This document shows positions 23,501-36,141 of a stretch of DNA of 64,000 nt, piece by piece; the first letter of the stretch is position 1; every line of letters starts with the position of its first letter. Under the pieces are notes generated by a model. It saw nothing but the letters and a program-made list of their open reading frames with translations, was not told the origin of the DNA and did no database searches. The translations under genes and the position numbers were made by a program. This DNA comes from Macrostomum lignano (taxonomy: Eukaryota), in contig NIVC01001592.1 in NCBI GenBank assembly GCA_002269645.1, forward strand, positions 124,001 to 188,000. The letters are read 5' to 3'.

Positions 23501-26500
23501 TCAGATCGGGGACACCTTGAACAGGTCATAACTGGAGGGCACGTCAATCAGTGGCACGTGATTCCTATCGATCCTCATGCACACGTTGCTGGCCCGCCGT
23601 TCCACCAGCTGGGCCTCCTTGAGCTTGAGCTCCCAGTCGAGTTTCTGCACAGCGTTGAGAGCGTCAGCTTCGTGATGCTGCCTATTAGACAGGTCTTTCT
23701 GTGCCTTGGTGAACTTCACGATGATCTCGTCAATCCAGGTGACGAACTCCTGGCTGGTGAACCTGTCGGGCGAGAGATGCGTGTCCGACTGCTGCTGGCT
23801 GCCGGCCCCGCCGTTGCCGCCGCTGCCACCTCGGCCAGCGCCGCCGCCGGTTGCCGAGGTCGCCGAAGCAGCGCTGGCGGCGGCGCCGGTTCCAGCAGCG
23901 GCCGCGGCAGTCTCGGCGACGTCCGAGAAGTCGGCGCGAAGGTGGGTGAAGTCGCGGTCGGCGATGGCGGCGCAGAAGGACAGCTGGCGGCTTTGGCCGG
24001 CCATGTAGAGGGCCGCCCGGTTGTAGGCGCGGATCACCTCCTGCGGGGAAAGTTGGTGGGGAGACCATAGCAACCATAGGAATCGGTGCTAACGTGTTGT
24101 AGCATGATTTTGTACCCAGTGACACACCCAAACTAGCTAAAAACCCCTCTAGACATAATCAGAAATCCCATATACGAAAAGAGCTTTCCTACAACCATTA
24201 GAAATCCCACACTGGCATTAGAAATCCCACAACTAAAGACAAGTCCAGATTAAATCCCACACATGTAGAGGAAATCCCACACTGTCAGAGGAAATCTCAC
24301 AACGCCAGAGGAAATCCCACACCGTCAGAGGAAATCCCACAACTCCAGAGGAAATCCCTCACGTTTAGAGGAAATCCTACACGTTCAGAGGAAATCCCAC
24401 ACCGCCAGAGGAAATCCCACACCGCCAGAGGAAATCCCACCCACCTGCTCAGCAGCCAGCACCAGCCGCTCGCGCTCCGACTGCTGCGAGAGGCGCAGGC
24501 CGGCGCGGGCCTCCTCCTGCTCCAGGAACAGCGACTTGAGCGCCGGGTTCCTCACATCGGGAGGACAGTCGAGCCGCCTCGGGAGCTGCACAGCGTACTT
24601 GTTGCCGGCAATGTAGTACTTCTTGCTGGTCAGCAGGTAGTCGGCAAATCCTTTCGGCGCGCTCGGCTGCACCACGGACAGCCGGTTGAGCCGCTCGCGA
24701 AGCTGCCGTTTCACCGCGGCCAGCTTGTCGATGGGATTCTCGGGCACCTCGATCTTGATGGAGCGGGCGGACGGCGGCTCTGGCGGAGGCTGGGCGGCCA
24801 GCTGGGCCACCGCGGCCGCCACTTCGTCCGGTCTGGCGCGCAAATTTCGCTTCTTCGGCGGCGGCTGGGCGGGCTCGGCCGCCTGCGAGCGGTTGGCCTG
24901 ATGATGATGGTGCGAATGAGGCTGGGATGAGGAAGATGAAGCTGCCGATGATGACGCGGCCGCCTGCTGCTGTTGAAGCTGCGACTGGCTACCCGACAAA
25001 GATGACGAAGTGACAGCAGAGGCGGCTGCTGACTGTACGGCCGACGATGATGGAGCTGAAGAGGAGGCTGAGCCGCCGAATCCCGATGACTGCTGCTGCT
25101 GCTGAGGAGCTTGAGCAGCTGCCGGCAGCGGCTGAGACTGCTCACCGTCGCTGCTATCCCGGCCTCCGCTGCTGGTGACGCCGCCGCTCTGCGATTCGTC
25201 GCGATGGGAGCCGCGCGTTATCGATCGCAGCTGCCGACCTCCCGGATGCTGCAACTGCTTGGCCAGAGTGCCGCCGCTGCTGCTGGTGACCGGAGCCGCC
25301 TGCGGATGTTGGCAAGGCTTACAGATTACAGTTTGACATCAATGAGCTAGCGGCTCTCAACCAGAGACCAGAGCTGGCAGATTTAAAATCTCAAATATCG
25401 AGTCTTTTGAGCTGCGCTTCAGCAAGTGGAGTTGTGGAAAAGATGCAATTGAATCTCAAAACAGCTCACCCGTTAAGAACCTTACCGTGACAAGAATTGA
25501 TAAAGAGAGTCATTTCAATCAACTCACTGGCGACTCTGGGGGCGACTGTTGAGTCACGAGCGCATCACGCGAGTTGCGGAATCGTAAGAGTCGGCCAAGA
25601 GTCGTTTTGCTATGTTAGCCTTTACTTGCTACTAAATCAAGTAGACTAAATGGAGTTGTTATCAATGCGAAATGCGATTCTAATTCAATTAAGTGACGCA
25701 GATGCGCTTTAGACGCAACTCAGTGATTCTACAGCGACTCGGGCACGCCTCAGACACGACTCTACGGCCCCAAAGTCGTTACAGAAGCGCCGCATGCAAA
25801 GTCGTTTCCTAGTCGCGAACAATAAAACATCTCGCCGTTTTAGAGTCTTCTAGAGTCACTTTTTTCCTATTTTACTTGTGTTACCTGCGACGACTCTGAA
25901 ACGACGAGATGTCTCGCTATACAAGTCGCTAAAAAGTCGTCAGAGTCGCCCAAGGGTCTCAGGCTATTGTCTAAGGTCTGTCTGCTGCCTTTAGTAAGTA
26001 ATAGCTATACATTTCGCCACACGTAGGTCACACGCGGGCGGCCCTCACCTGTTGCATCTCCGAGACGTCGGGCGGCAGCCGGATTCGCAGCGGCGGCACC
26101 CGCATGCTGTCCTCATCTGAGCCAGGCGGTGTCGCCGACGCTTCCTTGGAGGCGGCCGAGCCGGAGCGGCGCCGGGATCGGCCTCCAGCCTCCGACTCGT
26201 CATCGGCTGTGGAGGCGGCCGCGGTGGCATCGTTGGACGCCTCGGCCGTGTCGGAAGCGCCGGCATCATCGACTGGACGACTGGCGGTGGCGGCAGCAGC
26301 GTCAGTGACGTCGCCAGCAGCAGCTCGACGGCTGGCAGCGGGCCGCGAGTCAGCGGAGACGCTGGCTGCCAGCTGCCGAGAGGAGCCTCCGTCATCTTTG
26401 CCGTCGTCATCCTCGCCGGCTTCAGCAGAGCGCGGCAGTCGCTGCTGCGCTGAGACGCCGGAGCCGGCAGACGAAGACGGCGCGCCGGCATCGTCGTGGC

Positions 26501-29444
26501 TTTTGACGTCCATCGCCGAGGACGAGGAGGCCGGAGGAGGCACCAGCTGCGGCGGCTGCTGGTGACGCAGCGAGGACGAAGACTCGGCGGCCATCAGGCG
26601 CATCTTCAGCGGGATGGCGCCGACGCCGCTGCCGCCGCCAACGACGCCAGAGCCGCTGCCGCAGGGCGCCACCGAGCTGGCAGAGGTCGCCATGGAATCT
26701 TCCTCGTCGTCAAAGGCGTAGGGATCTCGCTGGTGCTGCGGCTGTCGCTGCGGCAGCTGAAGCTGTTGCTGCTGGTGAGAGTCGCCGGATGAGGCAGACT
26801 GGGAAGCTGGGCCGCCGGACACGGAGCCGGGGCCAACCCGCTGCTGGAAGAATTTCTTGCCTCCGCCAGCAGCTGAGCCGGTCGCGGCAGTGACAGCGGG
26901 CGAGCTGGAGCTCACGCGTGAGTCCTCTTGGCTGCCTGAAGCTCGCTGCATCAGCGAAGCAGTGGCACCGGTAGCAGCAGCTGACGATGTTGATGACGAA
27001 GACTCCACCTCTTGAATGTCGACAGAGGGCGTCTGCGACTGCGGCAGCTGCTGCTGACTTGGCAGAGACCTCGACAATGCGCTACTGTGTGGGCCAGTGG
27101 ATCGACCGGCACTCGACGACGACACAGCGTCGGTGTCGGTTCCGGCGACCAGCATCGACTGCGGCGGCAGCGACGGCGGAGGCAGCAACGCTTGAGGCGG
27201 CGCCGATGCCTGAGGCAGCGAAGGCGGCACAGCCAGCGGCAGAGGCGCAGGGCTCCTCGACCGGTCCTCCTCGTCTTCGTTGACACCGCTGCCAACGCAG
27301 CCGCGGTCGCTGGAGGCCGGCAGCTCCGCGTCGGGCGTCGGTGTCGGTGGCGAAGCGTCGCCGTCGTCGAGTTGTTCAGCATCAGCGGCCTCGCGGTTCC
27401 CGCCTGCGTCTAGCAACTGCCGCTCCGACGGAAACGACGGCGGCGGCGACGGCAGAGATGAAGCGGCCGCGGCGGATTGCGCGATCCACGGCGGAGCCGA
27501 AGAAGCAGACGGGCCGCCGCTGGCCGTTAGCGTCGACGTGTCCGCCTGCTGATGCTGCCGACGATGGTCCATCGAGGAGGTGGACTCGGCGGCGGCCGAT
27601 GGCGTCAGAGACGGCGGCGCCGCCTGCTGGCTGGACGACGGCAGCAAGTCGGGGCAGCGGCGGCGGCGGAGGCGGCATCTGAAGAATCGGCAGCGGAGGC
27701 GGCAGCAGCGGCGGCAGCGGCGCGAGCTCCGCTAGTGGACGAATCGGCGGAGCCACGCACGCAGTCGGGACTCGAGCCGGTGCCGCTGGACTCTCCGCCA
27801 GCCAGGGTTCCTTGGGATTTGAGCAGAGGGAGATAAAATTTTAGGAGCAGGTTAAAAGGACAGGAGGATATGAGAAATAAGTAGATGGCGAATAAATGGG
27901 GGCGGATAGGCCACGAGGGGCGGATCAAGGCTACAATGGGGGCGGATAAATGCTACAATGGGGGCGGATCAATGCTACAATGGAGGCGGATCAATGCTAC
28001 AATGGGGGCGGATCAATGCTACAATGGAGGCGGATCAATTCTACAATGGGGGGGGGCGGATCAATGCTACAATGGGGGGGGGCGGATCAATGACAAAAAT
28101 GGGGGCGGATCAATGCTACAATGGGGGCGGATCAATGCTACAATGGGGGCGGATCAGTGCTACAATAGGGCGGATAAGCAATGTCTCACCGGCAAGCAGC
28201 AGGTCACGGATAGCGTCGCTGCTGGCCAGGCCCAGCGGTGTCTGCCCGGCATCGTTGGCGCAGTCGGTGCGGGCACCGTGGCGCAGCAGGCAGCGACAGA
28301 CCCGGTCGTGGCCCTGCCTGGCCGCGTCGTGTAGCGCCGTGTCGCCGTCCAATCCGCGCAGATGCGGGCTGGCGCCGGCTTTAAGCAGCGCCCGGCTGAG
28401 CTCGGCGTGGCCCCGGATGGCGCACTCGTGTAGCGCAGTCCATCCGGCATTGTCCTGCAGAGGGGAGGGAGGGAGTGGCATTTTTAGCTGCGGCTTGAAT
28501 GCCATCGCTTAATGCAGTTCGGTTTATAGGCTTGCAAAGTTTAGGTTTATATATAGGCTTGCAAATTTTAGGTTTATAAGTTTATGAAGTTTAAGATTAT
28601 ATGTTCGCAAAGTTTAGGTTTATAGGTTTGCGAAGTTTAGGTTTATAGGCTTGCAAAGTTTAGGTTAGGCATATTCTTGGTGCTGATGAACCTTTTGGAA
28701 AGCCTTATGGAACTTGAGATCACAAGAGATTCACGTAGAGATAGCAATTGTATACAACTGCATCCGCCCGTTATTCTCATTGCATAGTCCTAAAAAGCCA
28801 TCTGAGCAGCTTCGACGCACCTGCGCATTTACGTCCGCCCCAGCTGCCAGCAGCTGCTTAGCGTAGCGCAAGTCGTTCCGTTTAGCCGCCTTGTGAAGCG
28901 GCGTCTCGCCTTTGCCGTTGCGCTTGTTGGGCCGCCGGATTTCCGACTGGCCGGCGCTGACGCCGCTGACGCCGCTGCGACTTGTGCTGGCCAGGTGTTC
29001 AACTGACTGTGCCGCGGCTGCAGACGGTTGCTGCTGTTGCTGATGATGCTGGATGCTGGCCGAGTCCGAGCTGCAGCTGATGGCGGAGGAAGCTGACGCA
29101 GCCGCCGGGTGATTCGCCGCCGGGGCGGCGGCGGCGGCGGCGGCGCCGGAAGCGGCAGACGAGGACACGACATTCTTGTCGGCCGAGGCGTCGGAGGCTG
29201 GCGAGCCCGAGGCCGATGAAGCCGCCGAGGTTGACGACGGCGACGACGATGAAGAAGCCGATGACGACGAGGAGCCGCCCGAGGAGCTAGACGACGAAGA
29301 ATCGCCATGGGCCGTCGCCGCCGCGGCAGCCTCGCCTGAGAAATCCGAGTCCATGCGGCGCTTCTTGGGTGGGTTGCCGCCGCCGCCGCCGCCGCCGCCT
29401 GACGAGCTGGCGCCGGAGCGGCTGTCCGATTCTTTGCCGGACAT
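23501..29444 (-). CDS. ANKRD11/12: ANKRD11/ANKRD12-like ankyrin chromatin co-regulator; exons 28821-29444, 28190-28454, 26049-27810 (frameshift near 27650), 24445-25299, 23501-24040
   Basis: Ankyrin repeats NKRNGKGETPLH...AGWTALHE...GLDGDTALHDA. Conserved C-terminus LFLEQEEAR..LRL..ERERLVLAAEQE, FVTWIDEI..KF, RQHHEADALNAVQKLDWELKLKE, VPLIDV. The start codon may be further upstream. Confidence 0.88.
24175..24440. repeat. 20-bp minisatellite AGAGGAAATCCCACACCGCC in the last ANKRD intron
   Basis: Starts at the donor site and decays toward the acceptor. Confidence 0.9.
27905..28172. repeat. ~22-bp minisatellite GGGCGGATCAATGCTACAATGG
   Basis: ANKRD intron 2. Confidence 0.9.
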
Positions 29445-29489
29445 GCTCAGGGGGTCTGCGGGATGGGCGTCCGAGTACCGGGTCTGAGC

Positions 29490-30300
29490 ACTGTGCCTAT
29501 GAGCACCGCGTCTGATCACTGCATCTGGTCACTGTGCCTGTTCATTGTCTGATCTGGTCACTGCATCTGGTCACTGTGCCTGTTCACTGTCTGATCTGAT
29601 CACTGTATCTGGTCACTGTGCCTGTTCACTGTCTGATCTGATCACTGTATCTGGTCACTGTGCCTGTTCATTGTCTGATCTGATCACTGCATCTGGTCAC
29701 TGTGCCTGTTCACTGTCTGATCTGATCACTGCATCTGGTCACTGTGCCTGTTCACTGTCTGATCTGGTCACTGTGCCTGTTCACTGTCTGATCTGATCAC
29801 TGTATCTGGTCACTGTGCCTGTTCACTGTCTGATCTGATCACTATATCTGGTCACTGTGCCTGTTCACTGTCTGATCTGATCTGATAACTGCATCTGGTC
29901 ACTGTGCCTGTTCACTGTCTGATCTGATCTGATAACTGCATCTGGTCACTGTGCCTGTTCATTGTCTGATCTGATCACTATATCTGGTCACTGCCTGTTC
30001 ACTGTCTGATCTGATCACTGCATCTGGTCACTGTGCCTGTTCACTGTCTGATCTGATCACTGCATCTGGTCACTGTGCCTGTTCATTGTCTGATCTGATC
30101 ACTGCATCTGGTCACTGTGCCTGTTCACTGTCTGATCTGATCACTGCATCTGGTCACTGTGCCTGTTCACTGTCTGATCTGATCACTGCATCTGGTTACT
30201 GTGCCTGTTCACTGTCTGATCTGATCACTGTATCTGGTCACTGTGCCTGTTCACTGTTTATCACTGCACCTGGTTACTAAGCCCGCTCACTGTCTGATCA
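29490..30300. repeat. 42-bp minisatellite (CTGATCACTGCATCTGGTCACTGTGCCTGTTCACTGTCTGAT)
   Basis: Immediately 5' of the first recognised ANKRD exon. Confidence 0.95.
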
Positions 30301-30869
30301 CCGCTATTGATCATATTTATCATTCATCAGCTATTGATATTGGGAATTGAATGTGCCCTAATAATACATGTAAAAATATTGTTCTATATCTGACTCTATA
30401 TTGCGCGCAATTAAAAATGAAAGAAAGCAATAAAAAGTTTGTCAATAAAATGTAAATATTTTCACACTAAAACCGTGTATTTAAACTAAATAATGAAGTG
30501 TAGTCTACAGGATTAATACGAGCAATACGAGTAGTGAGTAATACGACTAAAATTATGACACAGCAACATTTCCTAACAAGCAACTGAATAAAGGTACACA
30601 TATCGTAACGTACTAATCGTAGCATTATTATTGAGGAAAATTGTCACAAAGTATTTTTGAGTGGCAATTGAAAACACTACAAGTATATAACTTGGTAACT
30701 TGTTATTTGCTCTCTAACTGCGAAGACTCAATTAACAAAAAGTGCACTTTATAAAGCAGCTATACCTGGCTTCAAACTTTTGGAATTTGGAATTATAAGC
30801 ATTGAAATTGGAGCTTTCCGGGAATTTAACGCTTTTTAAAAGCCTTGCATGTATATAGTGACCAAATGG

Positions 30870-31835
30870 AGTATGGTCATTTGGACTGTGGCTGATCGTA
30901 TGGACTGTGGCTGATCGTATGGACTGTGGCTGATCATATGGACCGTGTCTGATCGTTTGGATGTCTCTGATCATATGAATGTCTGATCATATGGACTGTG
31001 TCTGATCATATGGACTGTCTGATCATATGGACTGTGTCTGATCATATGGACTGTGTCTGATCATATGGACTGTGTCTGATCATATGGACTGTCTGATCAT
31101 ATGGACTGTGTCTGATTATATGGACTGTGTCTAATCATATGGACTGTGTCTGATTATATGGACTGTGTCTAATTATATGGACTGTGTCTGATCATATGGA
31201 CTGTGTCTGATCATATGGACTGTCTGATCATATGGACTGTGTCTGATTATATGGACTGTGTCTGATCATATGGACTGTGTCTGATCATATGGACTGTCTG
31301 ATCATATGGACTGTGTCTGATTATATGGACTGTGTCTAATCATATGGACTGTCTGATCATATGGACTGTGTCTGATCATATGGACTGTCTGATCATATGG
31401 ACTGTGTCTGATCATATGGACTGTGTCTGATCATATGGACTGTCTGATCATATGGACTGTGTCTGATTATATGGACTGTGTCTAATCATATGGACTGTCT
31501 GATCATATGGACTGTCTGATCATATGGACTGTGTCTGATTATATGGATGTGTCTGATCATATGGACTGTTTGATCATATGGATGTGTCTGATCATATGGA
31601 CTGTGTCTGATTATATGGATGTGTCTGATTATATGGACTGTTTGATCATATGGATGTGTCTGATCATATGGACTGTGTCTGATTATATGGATGTGTCTGA
31701 TCATATGGACTGTTTGATCATATGGATGTGTCTGATCATATGGACTGTGTCTGATCATATGGACTGTCTGATCATATGGACTGTGTCTGATCATATGGAC
31801 TGTGACTGATCATATGGACTGTCTGATCATATGGA
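30870..31835. repeat. 17-19-bp minisatellite ATATGGACTGTGTCTGATC
   Basis: Tandem copies. Confidence 0.95.
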
Positions 31836-32385
31836 GTTTAAGCAGCATGACTTTTAGGAGCTACAATAAATTTCATACTAAAATTAGGCACTTGCAGACG
31901 TGCTCATATTTATATAGAGCGACACAATCAACCTGAAAAAGCGTCAAATTAATAAATAAACGCTGTTAGGAGAGAGACTCTCAAGCATTCTCACTAAGCA
32001 GTCAACTAAAATGAGCCAGCTCACTGCTACAGATGAAATTAATGAAGACATGTCGCACATAAAGCTGCACAAATGCTCGAATAACTTGGATACCTTGGAT
32101 AACTTGGCGATGTGCTGCCCAATCAGAATTAGGCTTCAAGGTCAGCGAGCACCCTGCTTTGAGCAGTTTGGTCTGGCTGGCTGACAGGTAGGTGGCCTGG
32201 CCTGTGGGTCTCCTGTGTACACGTGTGCTGCGACCGCAAAACGCGCGGTGGGCAGGCGGTGACACACGGATGAGGCGCGGGAATTGGCGGTTGCTGGTGG
32301 GGTGCTTAATGTTACGTCCATTTAGTCGGAATAATCACTAGCAAAGTTTTTCTGTATTTAAACTCGATTCTCGCACGCTCGTACT

Positions 32386-34292
32386 TTAAGTAGGCAGGTC
32401 GCTTTTGTCCACGATAAACTTGATGAACATGGCGTCGTCCTTGACGTAGCCGCGACTGCCGTTCTCGAAGTCGGCCAGCGGCATGAACAGCGGGCAGCCC
32501 GATGCGATGTTCATGTCCGTGCTGGGCCGCTTGAACGAAGACGACGAAGTGTCCGGCTTGAAGGCGTCGATCACGTGCTCGTCGAAGTTCTGGTCCAGCA
32601 GCATCATGGAGACCTTCTTGGCGAAGGGCCACGGCAGCAGGGCGTCGAAGGCACCGCGCATGATCACGAAGAAGAGGCTGATGTGCGTGTTCTTGCCGGC
32701 GCCGTCGCCATTCAGGTAGAGTCGTCCGCACATCTTGTAGCTGGGGCGGATGGGGTAGATTGACGGCGGATTGAGGGGCGGATTGGCGGATTGAGGGGCG
32801 GATTGGCGGATTGAGGGGCGGATTAGTGGATTGAGGGGCGGATTGGCGGATTGAGGGGTGGATTGGCGCTGGCGGATTGAGTGGCGGATTGGCGGATTGA
32901 AGGGCGAATTGGCGGATTGAGGAGTGGATTGGCGGATTGAGGGGCGGATTGGAGAGAATTCGAACCCGTGGAAGCGTCAGTCAAAACTCACCCAGCCTTG
33001 CCCGTGTAGAACGGAGGCGAGTAGATCGAGCACACTTTGCCCTCCCGCGCCTCCTCTTTGCGCCGCCGCACATCCGTGATCTTCCACACAAGAACCCCGT
33101 CGTAGCCAGCGTGCTCAAGAACCTCAACGCGCCTCTCGAGGTCGAGAATCTTCATCTCTTTGTAGGCCAGCAGCTTCACCAGCTCCTGGTGCTTCCGCTC
33201 GATGTCCAGCTTCTTCTCCAAGTCCTTCTGCATCCGCAGCTCGTACTGCCTGATCTTGTCGTAGCAGTTGTCGAACTGCTCCTTGATCACCTGAAGCAGC
33301 TCCTTCACCTTGTCGCCCTGCACGATGCTGCCTTGGAGGTCCTTCAGCATCTTCGCCAAGTCTGTGGGCAGCGCCATGGACTTCATCCTGGACTCCAAGG
33401 AAGCCGCCTTCTCCTTCAGCCGGCTCAGCTCTTCAAAGTCGGACCCAGTCAACTCGGAGGCCGGCACTGAAGTTCCCGCCGCTGCCGCCGCCGCTGCACC
33501 CCTGGAGACGGGCACGAGGCTCTGCTCTGGTGGATCAGCCTGCTGCTGCTGCTGCCGCTTTGACAAGGCCAACAGCCTGTCAATGTGGGTGGCTTGGTGC
33601 TGTATCCGGTGCTTCTCCCAACCCTCGGACATCTCCGGACACCCGAAAGGACACCGTGTGGTGTGCCACCCGACCGGACATTCCTCCAACCAGTGAGAGC
33701 TCTTGGCCTCTTCGTTGTCCTTGACGCGAGCCAAGCAGAACTCGCACTCCACTGTACTGCCAATGCAAGTTGAGCTCTTGTGCTCATCCAATGACTCAAA
33801 GGCTACTCGCTCCTTGCACACATCGCAGGGCACAAGTCTTCTGCGGCATTTCTGCTCTTTGTGCTCAGCCAGACTCTGCATAGCAACCAATTCTCCGCAC
33901 AGCTCGCAAGGCTCGGGCCTGAACTTGCACTCTTGAAGGTGATCGTCCAGCTCCCTTACCTGCATCATCTTGTCGCAAGGAGAGTTCGGGCACTGCACCT
34001 TCAGCGACTTGTTGATCTCCCTCTTGATGGCCATGTCAGGGTAGGTTCGGTCTGGCGAAATTTCTGCCCTGTCGCTGTCGCTTGAGTCGCATTCCAGGCA
34101 GAGAGACGGCTCGCCCTTCTGCTTGGCCTCGTTGAACTTGAGCTGCACGCAGTTCCTGCAGTAGCGGTGACCGCAGTCTCCTTGCATCGGCTCTCTCAGC
34201 AGCAGGTGACAGTGGGCGCACTTGTATCTGGGTTCCAGCTTGTCTATGCCGCCGATCTTGTAGCCCATCTGCAGCTGACTGCTTTCGGCCAT
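32386..34292 (-). CDS. TRAF2/3-like adaptor E3 ligase, copy 2; exons 32992-34292 and 32386-32740
   Basis: Same domains and intron position as copy 1. 15 amino-acid substitutions plus a 4-Ala insertion by manual comparison. Confidence 0.95.
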
Positions 34293-34764
34293 TGCTTTCT
34301 TTAACTAAAATCAGCTAAATTATTCACTGATGACAGAAATGCGAAGCTAAGTTTGTATAAGCAGCAAAAGCTGGTTTCACAGTTTCCATGCACACCAATA
34401 AAACCACCACAAAACCAAAGGGCAATAATTAGCAGCTTTAATCCAACTCTAGCCTGTATATTTTTTAATCCAGAAATATGTCGGGAAAGCGCAAGTAAGC
34501 AGCCAGGCGAATGAAAAAGCTTAGCACAGCTAGAATGATTTTTGTAATGACTATAATAAAAATTCAAAGTCGAAGGTGAACGAGAGGGTAAAAGATCATT
34601 ACAATATACGATATTGAATTAATACAGTAAGACTTAAATTACATTTGCGAATATTGTAGCACCACCTGATTACTGATTAATAATAAAAAATCATTCACGA
34701 AACTTGAATATATACACGAAGAACATGTAAATGTTCTGAATGGTTTCTTGGAGACAATAGGGGT

Positions 34765-35990
34765 TCGGGAGGGTCGAGTGTACACACTGAATCACTGAGG
34801 GACGAGGGGTGTTGGGGAAGGGTTTAGTGTACACACCGAGGGACGAGAGGGGTTGGGGAATGGCCTGGTGTACACACCGAGGGACGAGAGGGGTTGGGGA
34901 AGGGTCTGGTGTACACACCGAGGGACGAGAGGGGTTGGGGAAGGGTCTGGTGTACACACTGAGGGACGAGAATGGTTGGGGAAGGGCCTGGTGTACACCC
35001 GAGGGACGAGAGGGGTTGGGGAAGGGTCTGGTGTACACTGAGGGACGAGAGGGGTTGGGGGTCTGGTGTACACTGAGGGACGAGAGGGGTTGGGGAAGGG
35101 TCTGGTGTACACTGAGGGACAAGAGGGGTTGGGGAAGGGTCTGGTGTACACACTGAGGGACAAGAGGGGTTGGGGAAGGGTCTGGTGTACACACTGAGGG
35201 ACAAGATGGGTTGGGGGAAGGGTCTGGTGTACACACTGAGGGACAAGATGGGTTGGGGGAAGGGTCTGGTGTACACACTGAGGGACAAGAGGGGTTGGGG
35301 AAGGGTCTGGTGTACACACTGAGGGACAAGAGGGGTTGGGGAAGGGTCTGGTGTACACACTGAGGGACAAGATGGGTTGGGGGAAGGGTCTGGTGTACAC
35401 ACTGAGGGACAAGATGGGTTGGGGGAAGGGTCTGGTGTACACACTGAGGGACAAGAGGGGTTGGGGAAGGGTCTGGTGTACACACTGAGGGACAAGAGGG
35501 GTTGGGGAAGGGTCTGGTGTACACACTGAGGGACAAGATGGGTTGGGGGAAGGGTCTGGTGTACACACTGAGGGACAAGATGGGTTGGGGGAAGGGTCTG
35601 GTGTACACACTGAGGGACAAGATGGGTTGGGGGAAGGGTCTGGTGTACACACTGAGGGACAAGATGGGTTGGGGGAAGGGTCTGGTGTACACACTGAGGG
35701 ACAAGATGGGTTGGGGGAAGGGTCTGGTGTACACACTGAGGGACAAGATGGGTTGGGGGAAGGGTCTGGTGTACACACTGAGGGACAAGATGGGTTGGGG
35801 GAAGGGTCTGGTGTACACACTGAGGGACAAGATGGGTTGGGGGAAGGGTCTGGTGTACACACTGAGGGACAAGATGGGTTGGGGGAAGGGTCTGGTGTAC
35901 ACACTGAGGGATGAGAGGGGTTGGGAAGGGACTGGTGACTGGTGTACACACCGAGGGACGAGAGGGGTTCGGAAGGGTCTAATGTACACA
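34765..35990. repeat. 42-bp G-rich minisatellite
   Basis: GGGTCTGGTGTACACACTGAGGGACAAGATGGGTTGGGGGAA tandem copies between the BAP31 3' end and TRAF copy 2. Confidence 0.96.
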
Positions 35991-36141
35991 CTACGAGTAC
36001 AAACTCAGCTCCTGATGAGACAGAGATAAAGTTATAATCGAAATAAAATCTGGAATATAAATATTACTATCAACAATAAAGTAGATAACTAGAATAGAAG
36101 ATAAAATATAACATAGAAATTGCAGCACCATCTGGAGTCTT

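Noticed and set aside
24385-29519. Many overlapping GC-rich ORFs on both strands
   Set aside because: They are shadow frames of the low-complexity ANKRD exons.
29490-31835. CRISPR-like or iteron-like appearance of regular repeats
   Set aside because: Units are contiguous without unique spacers, there are no cas genes, and the context is eukaryotic.
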